Source: an uncultured Lentisphaerota bacterium (GTDB lineage Bacteria > Verrucomicrobiota > Kiritimatiellia > CAIQIC01 > JAGNIJ01). Taken from it: a stretch of 41,059 nt of DNA. The position numbers were made by a program, and so were the translations under genes. Positions 32,381-41,059 of this stretch are shown here, piece by piece. The notes under the pieces were generated by a model that was not told where the DNA came from, made no database searches, and was given only the letters and a program-made list of their open reading frames with translations. The first letter of the stretch is position 1, and each line of letters begins with the position of its first letter. Location of the stretch: assembly GCA_937870865.1 (NCBI GenBank), contig CALMZY010000218.1, positions 1 to 41,059 on the forward strand, read 5' to 3'.

Positions 32381-33409
32381 TTATTCCGCGGCCTTGATCT
32401 GGTCCCAGATCTTCGTGTACTTCACGTTATCGTCGCCGAGATCCTCGATGACTTCGCACTTCGCCTTGATCTCGGACTTCAGGAAGATCGATTCGTTGTT
32501 CCGGATGTCCTCGCCGAGAAACTCGTAGCTCGCCCGGTTCGGGCACAGGTAGCTGATGAACTCCGTATTCTCCGCGGCGACGTGCGGATCGTGAACGAAG
32601 TTGATGAACTTGTGCGCGAGTTCGACGTTCCGGGCTTCCTTCGGGATCACCATGTCGTCGCACGCGATGGAGGTCCCCTCCTCCGGGATGGCGAATTCAA
32701 TATCCTCGTTTTCCTCCTGCACCTGGAAAATGTCGCCGCTGTATCCGTGAACCGCAAGGAATTCGCCGGACGCGAGGCCCGTCTTGTACTGCTCGTTCTC
32801 GAACTTCGCGAGGTTCTTTTTCCAGCGGATGACCACATCGCGCGCGGCCTCGAGCTCGCGCTGGTTCACCGTGTTAAGGCTGAATCCGAGGGATTTGAGC
32901 GCCGCGCCGATCGTTTCGCGCATATCGTTGAGCATCGTCATGCGGCCTTTCAGGTCGGCCCGCTCGAACAGGGACCAGGACGCCTTGAAATCGGGGACCT
33001 TGCTCTTGAGAACGGCAATGCCGGTGTTGCTCAGCATGTAGGGAACGCTGTGCTGCATCTCGCCGTCCATGGCGATCCGGAGATACTCGGGATCCACGTT
33101 GGCCAGGTTGGGCGCCAGGTTCCTGTTGATCGGCTGGATCATGCCCTGGTCGTGCATGATCTTGACCATGTAGCTGCTGGGAAAGACAAGGTCGTAGCCG
33201 GTCGCCCCGGCCTTGAGCTTGGCGTACATGGCCTCGTTGGAGTCGAAGGTGTCGATGACCACCCGGCAGCCGTTCTCCTGCTCGAACCGCTGAACGAGTT
33301 CGGGCTTGATGTAGTCCGCCCAGTTGTAGATGTGCAGGACCGGCTGGCCGCGCTTGCAGCCGCAGGCCAGGCTCAAGAACGCAAGGACAACGAGCGCTGT
33401 CTTCCTCAT
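32381..33409 (-). CDS. potD: Spermidine/putrescine ABC transporter substrate-binding lipoprotein
   Basis: ATG at 33409 follows GAGGAGA. It has a lipobox (LAFLSLACGC) and PotD-like sequence (LHIYNWADYI, YDLVFPSSY, VPYMLSNTGI). The upstream 560-aa extension in the ORF table is an artefact. Confidence 0.9.
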   Translation of the reverse strand: MRKTALVVLAFLSLACGCKRGQPVLHIYNWADYIKPELVQRFEQENGCRVVIDTFDSNEAMYAKLKAGATGYDLVFPSSYMVKIMHDQGMIQPINRNLAPNLANVDPEYLRIAMDGEMQHSVPYMLSNTGIAVLKSKVPDFKASWSLFERADLKGRMTMLNDMRETIGAALKSLGFSLNTVNQRELEAARDVVIRWKKNLAKFENEQYKTGLASGEFLAVHGYSGDIFQVQEENEDIEFAIPEEGTSIACDDMVIPKEARNVELAHKFINFVHDPHVAAENTEFISYLCPNRASYEFLGEDIRNNESIFLKSEIKAKCEVIEDLGDDNVKYTKIWDQIKAAE

Positions 33410-34176
33410 GATTTCTCCTCCGTCAGACGTTGACTGAACCATACCGCCGCGAACGTAACCAGGAGCAGGATCGTGGAAAGGGCGTTGATCAGCGGCGGAG
33501 AGCCGTGCTTGATCATGCTGTAGATCCGGATCGGCAGGGTCGTGGACCCGGGCCCGGCGACGAAGAACGTGATCACGAAATCGTCGAGGGAAAGCGTGAA
33601 GGCCAGGAGCGCGCCGGCCGCGATGCCCGGAAACAGCAGCGGCAGGAGCACGCGCGTGGCCGCCGTCCACCAGCTCGCGCCGAGATCCTGCGCGGCCTCG
33701 ATCACCGAGAAGTCGAAGTCCTGCAGCCGCGCGAGCACGACCATGGCCACGTAGCTGATGCAGAACGTGACATGCGCGAGGAAGATCGTGAAGAGCCCGA
33801 GCTGGATCTTCATCGCGACAAACAGCAGGAGCAGGCTCATGCCCATCAGGATCTCGGGCACCACGAGCGGCGTGTAGATCAGGACGTAGTGGACCTTCTG
33901 GATGCGGCTCGCGAACCGGTGGAGGGCGAAGGCCGCCGTGGTGCCCAGCACGGCGGAAACGACGGTCGCCCCCACCGCGATGATCAGCGTGTTCTCCAGG
34001 GCGCGCCAGATGTCCCGCTCGTGCAGGAGGCGCTTGTACCAGACCAGGGAGAAGCCCTCCCACGTCCCGCCGAAGCGCGACGCATTGAACGAGTTGGCCA
34101 CGAGCACAATGATCGGGAGGTAGAAGAACACGAGGACGAGGATCAGGGTGATGAGCGGAAGACGGCTGTGCTTCAT
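33406..34176 (-). CDS. potC: Spermidine/putrescine ABC transporter permease
   Basis: 256 aa with six TM spans and an EAA loop (IEAAQDLGASWWTAATRVLLPLLFPG). ATGA overlaps on both sides. Confidence 0.9.
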   Translation of the reverse strand: MKHSRLPLITLILVLVFFYLPIIVLVANSFNASRFGGTWEGFSLVWYKRLLHERDIWRALENTLIIAVGATVVSAVLGTTAAFALHRFASRIQKVHYVLIYTPLVVPEILMGMSLLLLFVAMKIQLGLFTIFLAHVTFCISYVAMVVLARLQDFDFSVIEAAQDLGASWWTAATRVLLPLLFPGIAAGALLAFTLSLDDFVITFFVAGPGSTTLPIRIYSMIKHGSPPLINALSTILLLVTFAAVWFSQRLTEEKS

Positions 34177-35054
34177 GCGTCCTCCTCGATCAGCGGATCC
34201 TCCTCGATGCCCTTCCTCTTCTGCAGAACCAGCACCGCGAGAAGCGGCGCGAGAACCGCGAGCGTGAGAAACGCGGAGAGCCCGCTGGCGTGCGGCAGGT
34301 TGCGGTCCACGAAGGTACGCTGGGCGATCTTGTTCCCGATCATCTCGCTGTGCGGCCCGCCGACGATGTCCGGGATCACGTAGGAGCCCAGCGCCGGGAT
34401 GAACACGACGAGGATGGCGGTGAGCAGGCCGCGCCGGATGCCGGGCAGGAAAATGCTGAAGAACGCGCGGAGTTGATGCGCGCCGAGGTCGCGCGCGGCC
34501 TCGATCAGGCGGAAGTCGAACTTCTCCGCCGCGGCGTAAATGGGAAGGATCGCGAAAGGCAGGTAGGTGTACACCATCACCAGCAGGATCGCGCCGGCAT
34601 TATACAGCAGGGAGGTGTCCGGCGCGACGAGGTGCAGCCCGACCAGCGCGTGCTTCAGCGGCCCCTCAGGATGCAGGAGAACCTTCCACGCGAAGATGCG
34701 GATGAGGAAGCACGTCCAGAACGGAATGATCACCAGGAGAAGGAGCTTCTGCTGCCAGGTCTTGCTGAGACGCGACATGCAGTAGCCCGTCGGCACGGCG
34801 AGGAGGATGCAGGTCGCGGTCGTCGCGATGCTCAACCAGACGGTCCGCCAGACGATCGACGGGTAATTCGGATTGCCGAGGCTCTTCAGCGTGTCCAGCG
34901 TCCACCCCGTCCCGATGCCCCCGTACGGATCGGACGGCTTGAAGGTGATGATGAAAACGATCAGCGTCGGGATGACGAACAGGACGCACAACCACGTGAA
35001 GGACGGAGACGTGATCAGCCACTCCCACAAACGTTTCTGCTGGACCTTGTTCAT
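34173..35054 (-). CDS. potB: Spermidine/putrescine ABC transporter permease
   Basis: 293 aa with an EAA loop (IEAARDLGAHQLRAFFSIFLPGIRRG). TAATG overlap with potA. Confidence 0.9.
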   Translation of the reverse strand: MNKVQQKRLWEWLITSPSFTWLCVLFVIPTLIVFIITFKPSDPYGGIGTGWTLDTLKSLGNPNYPSIVWRTVWLSIATTATCILLAVPTGYCMSRLSKTWQQKLLLLVIIPFWTCFLIRIFAWKVLLHPEGPLKHALVGLHLVAPDTSLLYNAGAILLVMVYTYLPFAILPIYAAAEKFDFRLIEAARDLGAHQLRAFFSIFLPGIRRGLLTAILVVFIPALGSYVIPDIVGGPHSEMIGNKIAQRTFVDRNLPHASGLSAFLTLAVLAPLLAVLVLQKRKGIEEDPLIEEDA

Positions 35055-36262
35055 TACGTGCGCGTCGCCCGGGCCACCACCGGCAGGCCGTTCGCCCCCA
35101 GGGAAACGCCGTTCGTGTCCCCCGGTTCATCCGGAGGCAACTCCATGAGCTTCTCGTCGGACTCGCTGTATCTCTCGAGCATGAACCCGTCGTCGCCATG
35201 CCACGAAAGCCAGACGATTTCCTTCCACGTAATCGGCTTTTCATCGAGCATGAACCGGCTGTGCTGCTGGTAGACGGAAATCCTGTAGTCCTGCACGCGG
35301 ACCCAGTACTTCGTGACCGAACCGAGATAGATCACGTCCTCCACCCGCCCCTGGACCACGTTATGGTGATTGTCCTCCAGCGGCCGGTCGCGCGAGATGC
35401 GGAATTTTTCCGGCCGCACGCTGAGATACACGGGGTTGCCCACGTGGATCTGGTTGTCGTTGTAGCACACGACATCGGGGAAGCCTTCCACCTCGAGCCG
35501 GCAGAAATTGTCATCGAGCAGCTCGACCACCTTGCCCTCGAAGAAATTCGCGTCGCCGATGAAGGCGGCGACAAAGCTGCTCTTCGGCGCCTCGTAGATC
35601 TCTCCCGGCGTCCCGATCTGCTCGATCTTTCCGCCGTTCATCACGGCGATCCGGTCGCTCAGGCTCATGGCCTCGCCCTGGTCGTGCGTGACATACAGGA
35701 AGGTGATGCCGACTTCGTCGTGGATCTGGTCCAGTTCAATGAGCATCCTCTGGCGCAGCTTCAGGTCGAGGGCGGCGAGCGGCTCGTCGAGCAGGAGCAC
35801 CTGCGGCTTGTTGATCAGGGCGCGGGCCACGGCGACGCGCTGCTTCTGGCCGCCGCTGAGCTGGTCGGGACGCTTGTGCGCCTGGTCCTTCATCTGGATC
35901 AGCGCCAGCATCTTGTCAACCTCCTCGCTGATCTCGGCCCTGGGGCGCCGGGCGATCTGGAGGCCGAACGCGATGTTCTGCCAGACGGTCATGTGCGGGA
36001 AGAGCGCGTAGCTCTGGAAGATCGTGTTGACCTTGCGGTGGTTGGGCGGAAGGTCCGTGATGTCCTGCCCGTCGAGAATGACCCGGCCGGTGTCCGGATA
36101 TTCAAAGCCGGCAAGAATTCTCAGGAGCGTTGTCTTCCCGCAGCCGCTCGGCCCGAGAAGCGAGAAGAATTCCCCTTTCTTGATGGACAGGGAAACGTGA
36201 TCGACCGCGCGGACCTTGCCGAAGTGTTTGGAGACGTCTTTAAATTCGAGAAAATCGCTCAC
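35054..36262 (-). CDS. potA: Spermidine/putrescine ABC transporter ATP-binding protein
   Basis: GTG start. It has Walker A (GPSGCGKTT), the signature LSGGQKQRVAVARAL, Walker B (LLLDEPL), and a C-terminal TOBE-like regulatory domain. Confidence 0.95.
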   Translation of the reverse strand: MSDFLEFKDVSKHFGKVRAVDHVSLSIKKGEFFSLLGPSGCGKTTLLRILAGFEYPDTGRVILDGQDITDLPPNHRKVNTIFQSYALFPHMTVWQNIAFGLQIARRPRAEISEEVDKMLALIQMKDQAHKRPDQLSGGQKQRVAVARALINKPQVLLLDEPLAALDLKLRQRMLIELDQIHDEVGITFLYVTHDQGEAMSLSDRIAVMNGGKIEQIGTPGEIYEAPKSSFVAAFIGDANFFEGKVVELLDDNFCRLEVEGFPDVVCYNDNQIHVGNPVYLSVRPEKFRISRDRPLEDNHHNVVQGRVEDVIYLGSVTKYWVRVQDYRISVYQQHSRFMLDEKPITWKEIVWLSWHGDDGFMLERYSESDEKLMELPPDEPGDTNGVSLGANGLPVVARATRT

Positions 36263-36374
36263 ATCAACAAATCTCCCGCGTCAACGAGCGCGCGAAACCT
36301 GAGTGCCTGCAACTCAGTGCTGATATTAGGACAAAGATTCCGGGACGCAAGCCGGAGTACGCCAAAAAAATAAT

Positions 36375-37526
36375 TCATCGCGGAGAGGGATCCATCTCCC
36401 GCGCCCGCCGGACGCGGCGGGAGATGGACGGATGGCTGTGCAGCAGAAACTCGATCCACGCGGGAGGTTCCCGGTCGGCCAGATTCTGCGCGGCCAGTTT
36501 CTCCAGCGCGCTCACCAGGGCGCCGGATGAACCGAGCGACGCAACGGCATACGCGTCCGCCGCATATTCGCGGCGGCGGGAGTACGCGTTGGAGACCGGC
36601 ATCGTGACCAGCGAGAACACCAGCAGGCAGAAGACAAAAATCGGGAACGAGCCGATGTCGTCCGGTCCCGCGAAGCCGAACATCGCGACCAGCCGTTGCA
36701 GGAACAGGCGCGCCAGGTAGAATCCGCCGGCGGCGAGCAGGCTCCCCGCGGCGATCAGGCGCGCCATGTCCCGATGCTTGTAGTGCCCGATTTCATGGGC
36801 CAGCACCGCGATGATTTCGTCCTGCGAATAATCCTTGATGATGGTGTCGCCCAAAATGATCCGGCGCGTGTTTCCGAGGCCCGTGAGCGCCGCATTGCCC
36901 GCATTCGTCTTCTCCTCCAGACCCCATTGAAAGACACCGACAACCCGCAGCCCGGCCTTCTCCACGAAGGACTTCACGGCATCCGCGAGGGCCGGATTTT
37001 CGATCGGCTCGAACTTGTGAAACAGCGGCATGATGACCACCGGCGCCACGGCGGCCAGCACGACCACGAAGAGAACATAGAAGGCGGTCGCCCAAATCCA
37101 CCAGAGGTTCGGGGCATAACGGAGGAAGGCATAGATCACGCCGAAGAAAACGGTGGCGACTCCCAACTCGATGGCGAGCGATTTGAGGTAATCGACGAAC
37201 CAGCCTTCGAGGTCCTGGTTCGACATGCCGTACCGGTGTTCGATGACGTGCTCGCCGTACAGGCTGAGGGGAAACATCACGGCGGCGAAGCCGAAGACGG
37301 TGATCAGGGTGTAGAAGGCGTTGACCAGCGGCCAGATCGCGCCGAACCGGGTCCGCAGGCCGTCGGCGAGGTACACGGACGCTCCGCTGAACAGGTACGC
37401 CGAGAGAATGATCACCGTCAGGAGGATGCGGACGACAAACAGCCGGTTGTGGATCAGTTCGTATTCGCGCGCCCGTTCTTCAGGATTCGGGTTGAGCGCC
37501 GGCTCTGACGTGTTCGGGTCGGCCAT
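36375..37526 (-). CDS. M48-family (Ste24/HtpX-like) integral membrane zinc metalloprotease
   Basis: It has multiple TM spans, the HEIGHYKHRD zinc motif, and a downstream EYAADAY motif. Confidence 0.85.
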   Translation of the reverse strand: MADPNTSEPALNPNPEERAREYELIHNRLFVVRILLTVIILSAYLFSGASVYLADGLRTRFGAIWPLVNAFYTLITVFGFAAVMFPLSLYGEHVIEHRYGMSNQDLEGWFVDYLKSLAIELGVATVFFGVIYAFLRYAPNLWWIWATAFYVLFVVVLAAVAPVVIMPLFHKFEPIENPALADAVKSFVEKAGLRVVGVFQWGLEEKTNAGNAALTGLGNTRRIILGDTIIKDYSQDEIIAVLAHEIGHYKHRDMARLIAAGSLLAAGGFYLARLFLQRLVAMFGFAGPDDIGSFPIFVFCLLVFSLVTMPVSNAYSRRREYAADAYAVASLGSSGALVSALEKLAAQNLADREPPAWIEFLLHSHPSISRRVRRAREMDPSPR

Positions 37527-37536
37527 GAACTACCTG

Positions 37537-38442
37537 TTAGAGACTGTCCGAAAGGCCCAGGATGACCAGCAGGCGGTCGAGGTCGTCGTTCGAATAGTAG
37601 TCGATCTCAACCGTGCCTTTGACTTTCTTGCCGTTCGCAAGCGTCTTGCACGGGGAAATCCGAACGCTGGTGCCGAAGTGCTGGTGCATTTGGTCGGACA
37701 GATGCTTGAGGTGCGCCTCCGGGATATCCGATTTTTCCGCGCGCGGCTTCTTGGCACCTTTCAGCAGGCGGTGCACGATGTGCTCCACCGTGCGGACGGA
37801 CATCCCCTCTTCCACCGCCCGGACCGCGAGCAGCTCCTGCTCCTTCGGAATCTCCAGCCCGAGAATCGCCTTTGCGTGGCCCGGCGTCAGCTGTTTCTCC
37901 GCCACGAACCGCTTCACCTTGTCGGGAAGATCCAGCAACCGCAACGCGTTGGCCACCGTTGCGCGCGCCTTGCCAACCCGCTGGGAAATCTGCTCCTGGG
38001 TCATCTCAAATTTGTCGGCGAGAAGGCGATAGCCCTCGGCTTCCTCGATGAGGTTCAGGTCTTCGCGCTGAAGGTTCTCGATCAGGGCGAGTTCCAGGGC
38101 CTCGCGATCGGACACTTCCATGAGGATCACGGGAACCTGCCGGAGTTCCGCCGCCTGCGCGGCCCGCAGGCGGCGCTCGCCCGCGATCAGCTCGTACTTG
38201 TCCTCGACCCGCCGCACCAGGAGCGGCTCCAGGATGCCGCGTTCGCGAACGGAAAGGGCGAGCTCCTCGAGCGCTTCCGCGGCGATAGTCTTCCGCGGCT
38301 GCCACGGGCTCTTGTGAACCTTCTCGATGGGAACCTGGACGATCCCGCCCTTCGCCTCGGCAACCGGAGCTTCCGCCGGCGGCGTCGCATCCTTGATCAG
38401 CGCACCCAGCCCGCGGCCCAGACCTATGTGTTTTGCACCCAT
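37537..38442 (-). CDS. parB: ParB/Spo0J chromosome partitioning protein
   Basis: Contains GLGRGLGALI, the ParB box LIAGERRLRAA, and an HTH (TQEQISQRVGKARATVANALRLL). No parA lies upstream in this window. Confidence 0.9.
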   Translation of the reverse strand: MGAKHIGLGRGLGALIKDATPPAEAPVAEAKGGIVQVPIEKVHKSPWQPRKTIAAEALEELALSVRERGILEPLLVRRVEDKYELIAGERRLRAAQAAELRQVPVILMEVSDREALELALIENLQREDLNLIEEAEGYRLLADKFEMTQEQISQRVGKARATVANALRLLDLPDKVKRFVAEKQLTPGHAKAILGLEIPKEQELLAVRAVEEGMSVRTVEHIVHRLLKGAKKPRAEKSDIPEAHLKHLSDQMHQHFGTSVRISPCKTLANGKKVKGTVEIDYYSNDDLDRLLVILGLSDSL

Positions 38443-38498
38443 GTGTGGGTATAAGGCTTAATAAGAACCGGTGGAAAAAACAACTTCTATTGTGGAGG

Positions 38499-38573
38499 GA
38501 CGCTTGACGCTGGACACTTGAAACCTGGGGCGCGTCAACGAAGCCCCCCAGTTTCAAGCGTCACGTTTCCAGT
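38499..38573. repeat. Tandem-word palindrome H6 (heptamer GACGCTT family)
   Basis: The left arm is GACGCTT GACGCTG GACACTT GAAACCT GGGG. The reverse complement of the right arm reads GAAACGT GACGCTT GAAACTG GGGGG. It is followed by the hairpin TTTCCAG-TAT-CTGGAAA (38566-38584). Confidence 0.65.
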
Positions 38574-38603
38574 ATCTGGAAAATCTGCTCCGCATGATCA
38601 CTG

Positions 38604-38612
38604 TGGTATAGT
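38604..38612 (+). promoter_or_regulatory. Extended -10 promoter element (TGGTATAGT) immediately upstream of the HAD gene ATG
   Basis: TGn-TATAGT ends 6 nt before the ATG at 38619 and there is no SD. This implies a leaderless or near-leaderless transcript. Confidence 0.35.
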
Positions 38613-38618
38613 GGCGTC

Positions 38619-39230
38619 ATGCTTCAGAACATCCTCTTCGACATCGGCACGGTTCTCCTCCACATCAACTACGAACCCGCCCTCGCGCTGGCGCACCGGT
38701 ATTGCGACCCGGCCAAACTCGATGCCCTGCGCCGGTTCTTCACGTTCGAGGACCGCGACCCGATGATCCGGGAGTATGAAATCGGGGCGATCTCGACGAA
38801 GGAGTTCTTCCGCCACTTCGCCGAGGTCACAGGATTCTCAGGCACGCTGGATCAGTTCGTCACGACGTATCAGAACATGCTGTCGGAAAACAAGCCGATG
38901 ATCGAGTTCGCCCGCGAGCTCTCGCGGAAGTACAACGTGTACCTTGTGACCAACGCGGGCGCCCTCCACACGCCCAACATCTATGAACAGTTTGCGTCGC
39001 TGCGATTCTTCAAGGACGAAGCCTCCTCGTGCTACCTCGGCGCCGTGAAGCCCGACGCCGACTACTACAGGAAGGCCCTGGCCAAATTCGGGATCACGCC
39101 CGACACCTGCCTGCTCGTCGACGACCGCCCGGAGAACGTCGCCGGCGCGGAAGCGTTCGGCATCCGATCGATCCTCTACACCACCGCGGACGCGACAATC
39201 GCCGCCGTGCGGGCGGCGCTCTTGACATAG
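38619..39230 (+). CDS. HAD-superfamily hydrolase (subfamily IA-like)
   Basis: It has motif I (ILFDIGTVL), motif II (YLVTNAG), and motifs III/IV (KPDADYYRKAL...CLLVDDRPENV). Confidence 0.8.
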   Translation: MLQNILFDIGTVLLHINYEPALALAHRYCDPAKLDALRRFFTFEDRDPMIREYEIGAISTKEFFRHFAEVTGFSGTLDQFVTTYQNMLSENKPMIEFARELSRKYNVYLVTNAGALHTPNIYEQFASLRFFKDEASSCYLGAVKPDADYYRKALAKFGITPDTCLLVDDRPENVAGAEAFGIRSILYTTADATIAAVRAALLT

Positions 39231-39250
39231 CTATATTACTTGGCTATGTT
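39222..39250 (+). promoter_or_regulatory. Putative promoter of the second phd-vapC module, with AGCTAT direct repeats
   Basis: TTGACA (39222-39227, inside the end of the HAD gene), 17 nt, TATGTT (39245-39250). A/GGCTAT is repeated at 39229, 39243 and 39251. The ATG at 39259 lies 8 nt after the -10 box. Confidence 0.4.
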
Positions 39251-39258
39251 AGCTATGT

Positions 39259-39579
39259 ATGAATGTTAAGATTGCCGACCTGAAAAACAATCTCAGCCGC
39301 TATCTCGCGCGTGTCCGCCAAACAGGCGAAACAATTATCGTGTGCGACCGTGACGAGCCGGTGGCATCCCTCTCTCCGATCCAGCGAGACGAGGACGCGG
39401 AATGGCAGCGCTATCGCGAAGAGTGCCTCGCGCGCGCAAAGAAGATCGGGCTCACGATCGACATCCCTCTCACGCGGCGGAATCCAGCCGCCAAGCCAAA
39501 AGCAAACCCGACCATCGCCCCGGATGGACGAACCGATATTCGCACCATCGACCTCGTGCGGGGGAAGAGGGATTACTGA
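39259..39579 (+). CDS. Type II antitoxin, Phd/YefM-like
   Basis: MNVKIADLKNNLSRYLARVRQTGETIIVCDRDEPVASL is a typical Phd N-terminal fold. Its stop overlaps the toxin ATG (TGATG). Confidence 0.75.
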   Translation: MNVKIADLKNNLSRYLARVRQTGETIIVCDRDEPVASLSPIQRDEDAEWQRYREECLARAKKIGLTIDIPLTRRNPAAKPKANPTIAPDGRTDIRTIDLVRGKRDY

Positions 39580-40064
39580 TGAACCTCTTCTGGGACAGCA
39601 GCGCGATCCTTTCGGTTGTGTTCAGGGAGAGCAAGTCGCCCCAAGCCGTTCAGGCGTGGGATGCCGGCGAGTATGCGTATGCGTGGCACTGGCTGAAGAT
39701 AGAAACCGCCAGCGCGCTGGCGCGCCGCAGCGCGAACCCCGGCCAGTGGATACACCTCCAGAAGATGCTCGGCATGTTCCGTTTTCTCGAGCTTCCTGAA
39801 ACCGAGTATGACGACCTCTGTGCAGCCAACCGCCGATGGCGCCTCACGGCGGCGGACGCCGGACACCTGTTCTGCTTTCAGCAGGCGTCCTTTGTCCTGC
39901 CCGACCTCCAGCTGGTCTGCTTCGACGAAGAAATGACCTCCGTCGCGCGCAAGGAGGGGTTTCTTCTTTGGACCCCGCCCGAGGCAGGCTCGGCGACCCC
40001 CGCCCTCGTCCGCGAGACCCGCTCTTCCTACGGCCGGAAGCGCAAGCGCGCGGCGCATGTTTAG
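39579..40064 (+). CDS. vapC: PIN-domain toxin VapC with a basic C-terminal tail
   Basis: ATG at 39579 (MNLFWDSSAILSVV...). Acidic positions are D6, E (ELPETE), DAGHL and FDEEM. It has a ~30-aa Arg/Lys-rich C-terminal extension. The upstream part of the ORF-table entry 39402.. overlaps the antitoxin and is rejected. Confidence 0.75.
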   Translation: MNLFWDSSAILSVVFRESKSPQAVQAWDAGEYAYAWHWLKIETASALARRSANPGQWIHLQKMLGMFRFLELPETEYDDLCAANRRWRLTAADAGHLFCFQQASFVLPDLQLVCFDEEMTSVARKEGFLLWTPPEAGSATPALVRETRSSYGRKRKRAAHV

Positions 40065-40140
40065 GCTTGCCCGCCCGCCGTTTCGCCGCTAGATTCCCAC
40101 CCACTTTGGGCGGCTTAAAGCCCTGATTCAACGCGGAGAA

Positions 40141-41059
40141 ATGGCCATGACACGCAACAAGCAACTGCTCGACTGGGTGAACGAAGTCGCCGCCCTTTGC
40201 ACGCCGGACCGCATCCACTGGTGCGACGGTTCGAAGAAGGAATACGACTCCCTTTGCGACCTCATGGTCAAGACCGGCGCGGCCGTCCAGCTGGACCCCG
40301 CGCGCCGGCCCGGCAGCCTCCTCTTCCGCTCCGACGCGAGCGATGTGGCTCGCGCCGAGGAGCGCACCTTCATCTGCGCGAAGACGCGCGAGGACGCCGG
40401 CCCCACCAACAACTGGATGGACCCGACCGAGATGAAGGCGCTGATGACCAAGTCCTACCGCGGCTGTATGAAGGGCCGCACGCTCTACGTCATCCCGTAC
40501 AGCATGGGACCCATCGGCAGCCCAATTGCGAAGATCGGCGTGGAGATCACCGATTCGCCGTATGTCGTCGTCAACATGCACATCATGACCCGCGTGGGCA
40601 CCCAGGTCCTCGAGTCGCTCGGACCGGATGGCGAGTTCGTGAAGGCCCTGCACTCGCTTGGCGCGCCGCTGGCGCCGGGGCAGAAGGATGTGCCGTGGCC
40701 CTGCAACCCCGACGTCCAGCAGAAGTTCATCACGCACTTCCCGGAGACGCGCGAGATCTGGTCCTACGGCTCCGGCTACGGCGGCAACGCCCTGCTGGGC
40801 AAGAAGTGCTACGCGCTGCGGATCGCCTCGGTGCTGGCCCGGGACGAGGGCTGGCTGGCCGAGCACATGTTGATCCTCAAGATCACCGGCCCGGACGGCC
40901 GCGTTTACCACCTGACGGCCGCCTTCCCGTCTGCCTGTGGCAAGACGAACCTCGCCATGCTCGAGCCGACCGTGCCCGGCTGGAAGGTCGAGACCGTCGG
41001 TGACGACATCGCCTGGATGCGCTTCGGCGACGACGGCCGCCTGTACGCCATCAACCCCG
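40141..41059 (+). CDS. pckG: Phosphoenolpyruvate carboxykinase (GTP), N-terminal ~306 aa (3' end outside the window)
   Basis: The frame is open to the window end. The translation [31 protein letters not shown]...PTNNWMDP...YVIPYSMGP...[14 protein letters not shown]...[13 protein letters not shown] matches GTP-PEPCK signature blocks. It is absent from the ORF table because no stop is reached. Confidence 0.95.
   Translation, partial: MAMTRNKQLLDWVNEVAALCTPDRIHWCDGSKKEYDSLCDLMVKTGAAVQLDPARRPGSLLFRSDASDVARAEERTFICAKTREDAGPTNNWMDPTEMKALMTKSYRGCMKGRTLYVIPYSMGPIGSPIAKIGVEITDSPYVVVNMHIMTRVGTQVLESLGPDGEFVKALHSLGAPLAPGQKDVPWPCNPDVQQKFITHFPETREIWSYGSGYGGNALLGKKCYALRIASVLARDEGWLAEHMLILKITGPDGRVYHLTAAFPSACGKTNLAMLEPTVPGWKVETVGDDIAWMRFGDDGRLYAINP

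Noticed and set aside
33410-34063. Upstream extension of the potD ORF (560-aa version)
   Set aside because: The lipoprotein signal peptide and a GAGGAGA RBS mark the true start at 33409. The extension overlaps potC in another frame.
11411-38573. Possibility that the tandem-word arrays are CRISPR arrays or coding low-complexity repeats
   Set aside because: The units are 6-7 nt with no spacers. The arrays are paired as inverted complements, and a 7-nt period is incompatible with a reading frame. No cas genes are in the window.

Overview
This is a GC-rich bacterial chromosomal segment. The gene content (DUF1573, TMTC-like TPR membrane protein, large CarboxypepD_reg-repeat exoprotein, Hanks kinase) suggests a PVC-type or related lineage, but that is inference only. 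I support 46 protein-coding genes, mostly housekeeping: era (5' truncated), ilvC, rsmI, grpE-dnaJ, rsmE, xth, potABCD, parB and GTP-dependent PEPCK (3' truncated). There is also a sugar ABC-uptake/GH3 operon, a STAS + GAF-PP2C partner-switching operon, a Hanks Ser/Thr kinase, and a DUF1573-rhodanese-MauE/DoxX cluster. Three toxin-antitoxin modules are present: two Phd-VapC pairs and one AbiEii/AbiEi pair. I recognised no rRNA, tRNA, CRISPR array, transposase or integrase. The unusual signals are in non-coding DNA. (1) A clear TPP riboswitch heads an operon with no recognisable thiamine gene. (2) A PaaX-like regulator gene is bracketed by two copies of a GTTACA-N26-TGTAAC palindromic element. 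(3) Six long intergenic palindromes have arms made of tandem 7-nt (once 6-nt) words. The words differ between loci but the architecture is the same, and most sit directly on stop codons. (4) A dispersed ~55-bp double-hairpin repeat (TTTTCCAA-N3-TTGGAAAA, twice) occurs at three loci. (5) The lower-GC AbiE cassette has toxin-first gene order and imperfect direct repeats at its borders. All protein calls come from reading motifs in the supplied translations; no database search was possible. The many long ORFs antisense to real genes are GC-rich shadow frames and were rejected.
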